Source: a virus
Taxonomy: Duplodnaviria > Caudoviricetes
Length of the DNA: 51,603 nt
Strand: one strand, 5' to 3'
Virus record (IMG/VR): IMGVR_UViG_3300032024_000113
Span: 1 to 51,603 of that record
The notes beneath the pieces are model-generated. The model saw only the letters and a list, made by a program, of their open reading frames with translations. It searched no databases and had not been told where the DNA came from. A program made the position numbers and the translations under genes. How positions within the stretch are numbered: position 1 is the stretch's first letter; each line of letters starts with the position of its first letter. Of the stretch, positions 44,582 through 51,603 are shown in pieces.

Positions 44582-44983
44582 TCAGATCTCGAACACGCAC
44601 TTGACCGCCCCGTTGGGCAGCGTGGTCTTTTCCGTCAGGGCGAATCCGTTGAGCTGGAAGGCCTCGATCCCGTCCACCACGGCGTAGGCTTGCAACAGCT
44701 TGCCGCCGTTCTTGCCGACCGCATCCTCCAGGCCGTAGCCGCCGACGAAGAAGTCGGCATTGAGAGACCACTTGTCGCCGTCTTTGACCACGCCGATTTC
44801 GTAGGCTGCCTCGTTGTTGCGGACACGGATCTTGTGGTCGCAGGGGGCCAGTTTCCCGGCCCAGTACTTGTGTTCCTTGGCGTTACGAACCAGTTCCACG
44901 GTGCCTAGCAGGCGGCAGGCTTGGTCCAGCTTGTCGAGGGACGTGATGTCCTTCTTCGTGTTGATCTTGGTAATGTGTGACAT
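44582..44983 (-). CDS. DUF1257 (Ycf35-like) protein
   Basis: MSHITKI...ACRLLG...YEIGV...LLQAYA. Confidence 0.8.
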   Translation of the reverse strand: MSHITKINTKKDITSLDKLDQACRLLGTVELVRNAKEHKYWAGKLAPCDHKIRVRNNEAAYEIGVVKDGDKWSLNADFFVGGYGLEDAVGKNGGKLLQAYAVVDGIEAFQLNGFALTEKTTLPNGAVKCVFEI

Positions 44984-45067
44984 GGGGTGTTTCCTTTCGT
45001 AGGAGGTCAAAAGAAAAGGACCAGCCGAAATAGCTGGCCCTGTGGTAACGGGTCCATGGGGTCCGGC

Positions 45068-45493
45068 TCAATAGTCGTCGCTCCACCGCTCGCCCGCGTA
45101 CGTGGGATCAAACCATGCGGGCTGATAGGGAGACTTGTACTCGCAAGCCCGTTCCCTGGCTGCCACACTGGCTGTCTGACAGGTAAGGCACACGTCGTAG
45201 GGACCGCCCACGTTGTAGACGTTGTCCCAGACCAACGTGTACTCGCCCTCCTGCCAGACGCCGGCATTGTCATACCATTGCTGACCGTTGAAACCGCCAG
45301 CTCGTTTGCCGGTGACGTTGTGGACAGCCCAGCAGGCTTGGGGCTGTTTGTACGCGGCGCCACACCGTTTACATGTGGCAGGCACCGTACGATCTTGGGG
45401 CTTGGACATTTTGCGTTCCTCCAGAATGACGAAGACCACCGCAATCGCGATGGTCGGGACGACACAGATCACAGTGGATATCAGTGCTTCCAT
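45068..45493 (-). CDS. Hypothetical zinc-binding protein (start could also be 45409)
   Basis: CKRC...CLTC; C-terminal PAWFDPTYAGERWSDDY. Confidence 0.55.
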   Translation of the reverse strand: MEALISTVICVVPTIAIAVVFVILEERKMSKPQDRTVPATCKRCGAAYKQPQACWAVHNVTGKRAGGFNGQQWYDNAGVWQEGEYTLVWDNVYNVGGPYDVCLTCQTASVAARERACEYKSPYQPAWFDPTYAGERWSDDY

Positions 45494-45506
45494 GCAGGGT
45501 GGTTCC

Positions 45507-45707
45507 TTATGTGGTAGCCGCGATGATCGTGGCCTCCAGGTCGGCGGATCGTCCCTGCTCGCCGCTGTGGTCGAGATACTGCGGCCACTGCTTGGCGGCA
45601 GCGATCGCTTTGTCCAGGGCGTGCTTGCGGCTGACAGCTCGTACACGCTCGACGGTCATGTGACTACCGTCCGCCCACGCGATCCGCACTTCGATGTGAA
45701 ACAGCAT
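45507..45707 (-). CDS. Hypothetical protein
   Basis: SD AGGAG before ATG 45707. Confidence 0.5.
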   Translation of the reverse strand: MLFHIEVRIAWADGSHMTVERVRAVSRKHALDKAIAAAKQWPQYLDHSGEQGRSADLEATIIAATT

Positions 45708-45961
45708 GGCACGTTCTCCTGTGGCGGTGTGAGCACGAGCATCCGGGTATCGTCCCAGACGAACCGCTCCAGCAACCAATCCGGTGCCTCGTGCTCGTCC
45801 CAGATTACGCGCTGCTCGTCGTAACCCTGTTCGGACGCCCACTCGGACGCTAGGTCGAAGTGCAGCCCCGACTGATAGTCCTCGTCTGAGCACCGCACCC
45901 GGACGCACCCGAAGTCGGCCGCGCCGTACTTGTTCCCGATGATGACGCATTTCACGATCAT
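45656..45961 (-). CDS. Hypothetical protein
   Basis: SD AAGGA; acidic coding-like ORF. Confidence 0.55.
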   Translation of the reverse strand: MIVKCVIIGNKYGAADFGCVRVRCSDEDYQSGLHFDLASEWASEQGYDEQRVIWDEHEAPDWLLERFVWDDTRMLVLTPPQENVPCCFTSKCGSRGRTVVT

Positions 45962-45963
45962 GG

Positions 45964-46206
45964 TTATTTCCTTTCGCGTTGATCTACAATCTCGATTTCG
46001 CAGGTGAATCGCGACGGAGGCGTCGTACTGTCGTTATGCAAAGCGAACGCCATAAGCACGACAGCCCATCCTTCGAGGTCTCGTACCGCCTTTCGCATCG
46101 CGTGCCGTGGAGACTTGGCGATAAATACGTCTTCGGTATGAGTTGTCTCTCCACACACCGTGACGGTAGTGTGAGTGGTAAACTCTGGATACTTTTTGCC
46201 CATCAT
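45964..46206 (-). CDS. Hypothetical protein
   Basis: SD AAGGAG. Confidence 0.55.
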   Translation of the reverse strand: MMGKKYPEFTTHTTVTVCGETTHTEDVFIAKSPRHAMRKAVRDLEGWAVVLMAFALHNDSTTPPSRFTCEIEIVDQRERK

Positions 46207-46215
46207 GCACTCCTT

Positions 46216-47766
46216 TCAGTTCATGCTCACGTCACGCCGCGTGCCCTTGAGCGGTTTGCGGTCTTTGCGGAACACGCCGTGGTAGCTGGCGGATAGGAAG
46301 CGACCGGACGCTTGGCTGCGGAGTTCGGCGATGTCATCGGCCGCACTTTGCGCCACGGCCACGATACTCTTGGCGGCGTCCAGCAGCGTCACGCCTTTGA
46401 GGTACGCCTTCTCGCAACACTTCTTGATGTTGCGGCCCACCCAGCCCGCGTCGTCCGGCAGCGGTTGGTTGTCCAAGCTGAACTTCCGCAGCCAGATCTT
46501 CCAGATGACTTCCAGCTCGTCCCTGGACGGCAGGTCGAAGAAGAACACGTCCGAGAACCGACTGCGTAAGGCGGGCGACAGGTTGCTCACCTTGTTGCTG
46601 GTGGCGATCCACAGCCCGTTGTCGTTGGTCACCGCACTGGTCACCCGCAGAGCTTCCCGCACGTAGCGTTCACTCTCGCCCACATGCGAGCCCTTCATGC
46701 CGCCCAGGTCGAACCGGATGGTCGGGCGGTTGAAGGTGGCCCCCGCCGCTTTGGCGATCTCGGACTTGCCACAGCCGGGCACGCCCACTAACACAATGGC
46801 GTAGGGGTTGTGGTCCTCCATGTACGTGAGGATCTGCCCCTCGGCGTCCGAGTTCACGCCGCTCAGATCCGACGTGTTGCCCAGGCCGGTCTTCTCGATC
46901 TCATCGAGCCAGACCACCGCTTGGAAGTGCCGCTTGGTGCTCTGCATCAGGGACGTGATCTCTTCCTTGACCGGACCGCAGCCGCCCACGTCCGTGAAGG
47001 TGCTGCCCTGGCGGAACACGCTCAAGCCCGGCGTGCGTTCGATCTGCTTCTCCTTGCGGTCTTCCAGGGACCGGATATCAATCCCGCCACCTCGCAGCGC
47101 CATGGCGGTGAACTGCTCCACTTGGTATGCGGTCAATCCCAGGTTGGCATCCACGGCTTGGCTCAGTTGCAGCGGTTCAATGTCAAGCACCGGCCGCTGC
47201 TGGTCGGGGGCGACAGTGGCATTGTGCCGCTCAATCGAGCGGTTGAACTGCGTGATGACGTTATCGGTGATGATCTGCCGGATCTCTTCCTTGCGAGGCA
47301 GCTGGTCGTCCAACTGCAACGTATCGCCACCGAGTTCCGCGGGCAGGCTGTTCATGTCGTGCCCGAGCAGGACCAGCGTGCGGCGGTCGCTCTTGAACTT
47401 GTCCCGCAGGTTCCAACAGGCCATGGCGAACTTGTGGCCCATCTGATCGTTCGACAGCCAGCGGTCCGCCTGCAACAGGAACAGCACCGAGTTGGGCGGC
47501 AGGTTATTCGCCTTGACGGCACAGCCGGTCGGATTGTTGGGCGTGGTGTCCTGGTCGCCCACCATCTTACTGGCGGCCTCGACGCCCAGCTCATTGCGAG
47601 CCACCACGCCGTTGATAATATCCCACTGCACCACAGCCACCTCCGGGGGCAGCGTGAGCAGCAGGCTGGCGGTCAGCGCGGCCGGATCGGGCGTACTGAT
47701 GGCGACCAGCGGTGTGGAAACTCGGCGCGCGTCGTTGATCGTGTCATTCAAAGTGGTGTTAGCCAT
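46216..47766 (-). CDS. Ycf46-like AAA+ ATPase with permuted motif order
   Basis: Motifs in this order: FTDVGG, VVWLDEIEK (Walker B), GVPGCGKS (Walker A), VGESE, WIATSN (sensor 1), LRSRF, FFFDLP. Confidence 0.85.
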   Translation of the reverse strand: MANTTLNDTINDARRVSTPLVAISTPDPAALTASLLLTLPPEVAVVQWDIINGVVARNELGVEAASKMVGDQDTTPNNPTGCAVKANNLPPNSVLFLLQADRWLSNDQMGHKFAMACWNLRDKFKSDRRTLVLLGHDMNSLPAELGGDTLQLDDQLPRKEEIRQIITDNVITQFNRSIERHNATVAPDQQRPVLDIEPLQLSQAVDANLGLTAYQVEQFTAMALRGGGIDIRSLEDRKEKQIERTPGLSVFRQGSTFTDVGGCGPVKEEITSLMQSTKRHFQAVVWLDEIEKTGLGNTSDLSGVNSDAEGQILTYMEDHNPYAIVLVGVPGCGKSEIAKAAGATFNRPTIRFDLGGMKGSHVGESERYVREALRVTSAVTNDNGLWIATSNKVSNLSPALRSRFSDVFFFDLPSRDELEVIWKIWLRKFSLDNQPLPDDAGWVGRNIKKCCEKAYLKGVTLLDAAKSIVAVAQSAADDIAELRSQASGRFLSASYHGVFRKDRKPLKGTRRDVSMN

Positions 47767-47780
47767 TGATCGTGGTCCTT

Positions 47781-48056
47781 TCAAAGGGGGTTGTCGGTCA
47801 GTAATTGGTCCCAGCATTTCGGACAGAAGAAAGCCGGGCGGCGGTACCGCTCGTCCTTGAAGTAGCGGTACGCCAGGTCCTTGAGGCCGGCGTCCTGGCG
47901 GGTCGCCATGTACCCCGCCAGGATCGCGTCCTCTTCGCCGCACATGCAGCAATCGAAGTACACAGGCTCCTCGTCAGTTTCTGCCGGGCACTGCACGCGC
48001 TGCGGTTCGTCGAACGTGTAGAGGTTCCAAATGGGTTCTTCTTCAGGTGTCGTCAT
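47781..48056 (-). CDS. Small zinc-ribbon protein
   Basis: CCMCG...FCPKC. Confidence 0.5.
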   Translation of the reverse strand: MTTPEEEPIWNLYTFDEPQRVQCPAETDEEPVYFDCCMCGEEDAILAGYMATRQDAGLKDLAYRYFKDERYRRPAFFCPKCWDQLLTDNPL

Positions 48057-48066
48057 GGTCGGTCTT

Positions 48067-48663
48067 CTAAAACAAGAGGTCGTGGCGGGGTTTTCCGCGT
48101 GGTGCTTTGTCATCGTCATCCTCCGGTGCGGCGTGCTGCCGCTTGAGTGCGTACCCTTCGATGCGGTAGTAGTCCACATCGATCGGGTTATCGAGCTTTG
48201 TGCCTTCTTCGAGGAAGTGCGTGATGCCGCGCCCCATCCCTTTGCCCCGCCGCGTATGCTGGTCGAGGGCCACATCGGGGATAGGACCAGGCGTGAGCGT
48301 TTCCCACTGGTCGAGCGTGACCCACACGAAGTGGTCGCCTTCCCGCGACTTCTCCGAGCGAGCCAGTGCCCGCACGCAGTTGCCAAACATGATCCGCCAA
48401 CCCTGCTTCTCGTGCATCTCCTTGGCAGCCGTAGCGGTTGCCATTACGAACTGCACGGCTTGTGGGTTAGCCAAGCCAATGTCCTCGTGGGCGATGACTT
48501 GCAGACGCCCCAGCATCCACGAGTAATACGCCTTGGAGGTGTGGGCCATTTCCAGGCACCACAGCATGGCCTCGCGTTCGAGGCCACGTCGGATGCACTT
48601 CTGAATCGCGGAGATCACTTCGAACGGGTCGTATCCATTGACGGTCTTTTGGATTGGTCCCAT
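48067..48663 (-). CDS. Stand-alone MgsA/RarA C-terminal-like domain
   Basis: ISAIQKCIRRG...RLQVIAHEDIGLANPQA...EKSR; no P-loop. Confidence 0.75.
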   Translation of the reverse strand: MGPIQKTVNGYDPFEVISAIQKCIRRGLEREAMLWCLEMAHTSKAYYSWMLGRLQVIAHEDIGLANPQAVQFVMATATAAKEMHEKQGWRIMFGNCVRALARSEKSREGDHFVWVTLDQWETLTPGPIPDVALDQHTRRGKGMGRGITHFLEEGTKLDNPIDVDYYRIEGYALKRQHAAPEDDDDKAPRGKPRHDLLF

Positions 48664-48666
48664 CGT

Positions 48667-49779
48667 CTATCCTTTCTTGAAAGCGGCTTTGTCCTTGCTG
48701 ATACGCAGATCCAACTTGTCCACTTGGGTCAGCAGCTCCGAGCTGCCGTTACCCGCCTCGATCTCGGTGCGGGCCGTGTTCAGGCACCGCCGGGCCGCCG
48801 CGAACTTGTGCCGCGACAGGCTGGCTTGTGCCCGCGTGAGTAGATCGGCCACGCCGATGGACTCACCGTTGCGGGGCGGCTTCTCGGCTTTGGGTGTGGT
48901 GACCTTGGGGGTCGCTTTGCCCTTGCCCTTGCCTTCGACCGCCTTGGCGCGGGCGATGGCGTCGTCCACCGTGCCCGCCTTGGGCTTCGCTTTGCCCTTG
49001 GAGACCACAGCCACGGGTTTGTCATCGTCCTCTTCCTCTTCCGCTTTGCAGACTGCCTGCCGCTTCTTGGCGTTCTCAGCCAGTGCCTCCGCTTGAGCAG
49101 CCTTACGATGCACCGCCTTTTGGCGGGCCTCGGCCGCTTTCTCCTTGGGGTTCTTGCCCGAGTTGACCAGGACCAACGCTGCCCGCAGGCGATCGTGTAA
49201 CCCTTGCTGGTTCTCAATAGAGCACGGCATCAGAGCCCCCACCACCTGCACCGGTGCGGCGTTTTTGTCCTCCTGCTTCACGTCGAAGAAGAACTGGATC
49301 GCCGAGTCGACCTTGCGTTTCTGCCACTTGTCTCCCGGCGTGTGATGTACGCACAGGTAGATTCCGCCATCGCCGCCATGCCGGCGCGTGTAGTCCACCA
49401 GCGGTCCGAGGGTTTCCAGGGACAGGGGAATCACCACGTCCGGTTCGCTGCCATCGATCACACTGAACAGGTTGCCGAACTTACTAAGATCGGCGTTGCC
49501 GTTGGGCGTGACGAACTTTTTGTTGACTGCCAGCTTGCCGTCGATAGCGGATAGTTCGTACTCCTTCTCGGCAGCCGCTGCGAGCTTGGCGGGCGTAACG
49601 AGCCCGTCGGGGGCGTCACACTCGCCAGGGACGGGCACTACGATCCCGATCTTACCATCGCACGCAATGAGCGTGCGCGTCTTAGCGTCGTACTTGGCGT
49701 GGTCCTGCGGGGCACCGCTCGCGAAGGGCTTGTCCGAGCAGAACGCGGTCACGTCGTGATACTTCTGGAGCTTGGCCAT
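48667..49779 (-). CDS. Hypothetical protein with a possible sliding-clamp-like N-domain and a Lys/Ala-rich tail
   Basis: LIACDGKIG...VGALMP resembles clamp-domain motifs; AK-rich C-terminal half. Confidence 0.5.
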   Translation of the reverse strand: MAKLQKYHDVTAFCSDKPFASGAPQDHAKYDAKTRTLIACDGKIGIVVPVPGECDAPDGLVTPAKLAAAAEKEYELSAIDGKLAVNKKFVTPNGNADLSKFGNLFSVIDGSEPDVVIPLSLETLGPLVDYTRRHGGDGGIYLCVHHTPGDKWQKRKVDSAIQFFFDVKQEDKNAAPVQVVGALMPCSIENQQGLHDRLRAALVLVNSGKNPKEKAAEARQKAVHRKAAQAEALAENAKKRQAVCKAEEEEDDDKPVAVVSKGKAKPKAGTVDDAIARAKAVEGKGKGKATPKVTTPKAEKPPRNGESIGVADLLTRAQASLSRHKFAAARRCLNTARTEIEAGNGSSELLTQVDKLDLRISKDKAAFKKG

Positions 49780-49795
49780 GAGAATAGTCCTTTCT

Positions 49796-51603
49796 TCAGC
49801 TGAACATAGTGAGTTGACGAATGATGTTGGTCGGGTCCAACTGGAGCAAGACGGCTCGTTGTCGGATCAGATTCTCCAGCGTGGCCGTCTGCATGGACCG
49901 GTTGCTGGTGGGCATCTTCGTGATCTTGGCCCACTCACGGGCCGGGTCCATGTCATCGAGCTGCTGCACCAGGCTCTGGGCCAAGGCGATTTCCATGGAG
50001 GCGTCTTCACCGCCCATGGCCGCCAGCCCTTCCGTGGAGAACTTGCCTTCCACCGCTTCGGCAGCCGCCAGCTTGCGACCCATCAAGGTCATGGCCCGCG
50101 ACTGCATGGTCTTGTCGTAGTAGAAGTACAACACCTTGCACTGCTCGACCTGGCCAATCCGCCACGACCGCCGTGAGGCTTGCCGCAATGTGAACAGACC
50201 GTAGCCTGTCTGATAGAACATCAGCGTGGTGAAGTTGTACGTCCCTGACTTGTCGAACAGGTCCAAGCCGGTTTCCACCAAACCGGGATGCGAGATGATC
50301 ACCTCGGCGTCCGGGCCGTGCTCGGCGATCCACTCTTCACGTTCGCCGGTGCCGACTGAGGACCGCAGCGTCTTCACGCGGAAGCCGTTGATTTGCAGCA
50401 GCTTCTCCAGGCGGGCCACTACGTCGTGCTTGTCGGTCATGGTGGTGAACACCCAGCACTGCCGACCCAGGTCCACTTCGTGCGTGACTTGGTCGATCAG
50501 GGCTTGTTCCTTGGGCCGCACCACCGTCTCCGAGAGATTCTCGGGCGTGACGATGCCGATCCACTTCTGCACGCCATCCAACGACGTGTCGTAGTATCCG
50601 ATCTCGCTGCGGCCGTACGGGTAATCGCAGTAGCCCAGCAGCGTCCTGAGCATGGTTCCCAGCAGACGCCGGTCGCCACGCTGGACCATGTCCCGAATCG
50701 CGTCCTTGAGCTTGCTCTCGATGGTGCGGTAGGCCAGCTCCTGCTCGTAGTCCATCGTGACGGGGATGACCTGCTCGGTCATCTCGGGCAGGTTGTCGGC
50801 GACCTCGCTGAGTGACAAAAATATGCACTTGTCGATCAGGTGCTTGCCGAACAGCGCAGGCATGACGCCTGGTCGCACGGCCTTGGTCACCCGCGAGCTA
50901 CCCTGCTTGCCTTCGCTCTGCGTGTTGTGCTTGCGAAAGTCTTCGCCGGGGGCGGCTTTCGAGTAGGTGGTCGTTTCAATGCGACCGTACTTCTCGTTGA
51001 ACTTGGACGTTTGCTCATACGTCATGCCGTCCGCGAGCAGTGTGCGGGGCGACAAGCGGTACAGCAGCGTGCGGAGGTGGTACGCATACCCGCCGAGCAG
51101 CGTGCCCGTCAGGGCGATCACCTTCTTACTGGCCGCCACGAAGCGAGACATGTTGGTGGCGATCGCCGTGTCCTCGCCCTTGGCCTGATGCACTTCGTCG
51201 ATGATGAAGTAATCGAAGAAGCCCCGCATCTGGCGCTGGGCGTACTTGGCGATGGGCCACCGATCCGGCTGGCTCGTCCACTGCCAGAGCTGCTCGCCGC
51301 AGTCCTCGTTGGGGCAGGTCATACGAGTGCGTTCCAGATCCTTGGGAGGCACTGGCACTTGCCGCTTGGCCTTGCCTTCAACGCGGGTGATCGGTTCCCC
51401 ACAGCGCGGACAATGGGGCACGCCCACCGGCCGCTTGTGGAGCACGTACTGCGGCACCCACTTGGGCGTCATCTTAGCGCTGGTCTGCGACACCACGTAC
51501 CACTCGGGTCCATCGGGCTTGACGGTCACGTCGAGCTTGACCACATCATGGTACGTTTTCAGGACCGCGATCATGGCCTCGGGAATGGTTTCCGCGATCT
51601 CGC
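49796..51603 (-). CDS. SF2 (SNF2-like) helicase, 5'-truncated by the window edge
   Basis: IIDEVHQAKG, LTGTLLGGY, VETGLDL, LRQASRRSWRIGQ; frame is open to the right edge. Confidence 0.88.
   Translation of the reverse strand, partial: EIAETIPEAMIAVLKTYHDVVKLDVTVKPDGPEWYVVSQTSAKMTPKWVPQYVLHKRPVGVPHCPRCGEPITRVEGKAKRQVPVPPKDLERTRMTCPNEDCGEQLWQWTSQPDRWPIAKYAQRQMRGFFDYFIIDEVHQAKGEDTAIATNMSRFVAASKKVIALTGTLLGGYAYHLRTLLYRLSPRTLLADGMTYEQTSKFNEKYGRIETTTYSKAAPGEDFRKHNTQSEGKQGSSRVTKAVRPGVMPALFGKHLIDKCIFLSLSEVADNLPEMTEQVIPVTMDYEQELAYRTIESKLKDAIRDMVQRGDRRLLGTMLRTLLGYCDYPYGRSEIGYYDTSLDGVQKWIGIVTPENLSETVVRPKEQALIDQVTHEVDLGRQCWVFTTMTDKHDVVARLEKLLQINGFRVKTLRSSVGTGEREEWIAEHGPDAEVIISHPGLVETGLDLFDKSGTYNFTTLMFYQTGYGLFTLRQASRRSWRIGQVEQCKVLYFYYDKTMQSRAMTLMGRKLAAAEAVEGKFSTEGLAAMGGEDASMEIALAQSLVQQLDDMDPAREWAKITKMPTSNRSMQTATLENLIRQRAVLLQLDPTNIIRQLTMFS

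Noticed and set aside
48840-49150. Repetitive Lys/Ala-coding DNA (KGKGKA, KAKPKA)
   Set aside because: Low-complexity protein tail rather than a DNA repeat element.
1-51603. Integrase, reverse transcriptase/DGR, purZ or transposase
   Set aside because: No diagnostic motifs found in any ORF, so lifestyle and base modification cannot be settled from this window.

Overview
About 52 kb of a GC-rich tailed-phage or prophage genome, with almost all genes on the minus strand. The likely host is a Planctomycete, inferred from a DUF1580-like protein, an SHD1-domain protein and a RimI-like acetyltransferase. The left end holds a virion structural gene and the terminase large subunit. The rest is a dense early/replication region: replication initiator with iteron-like palindromes, SMC-like ATPase, DnaQ exonuclease, two Dam-like and one Dcm-like methyltransferases, two truncated sigma-like proteins, two dNTP pyrophosphohydrolases, tRNA-Met(CAT), an AAA/DUF1257/DUF2997 module, a partial SF2 helicase and many small hypotheticals. 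Main highlight: the terminase carries a 379-aa intein at its Walker B motif, and the intein's zinc-finger HNH endonuclease is not in the intein frame. It is a separate nested gene in the +1 frame with its own Shine-Dalgarno, start and stop, while the intein frame stays open across it. Other notable features: a second, catalytically degenerate nuclease domain on TerL; an AAA+ ATPase with Walker B before Walker A; a structured-RNA cluster (kissing-loop RNA, anticodon-less tRNA mimic, pseudoknotted leader) next to the tRNA; and a 16-bp operator shared by three promoters. Five apparent frameshifts, four of them at short repeats, suggest possible assembly indels. Family assignments are from motif recognition by eye; no searches were run.
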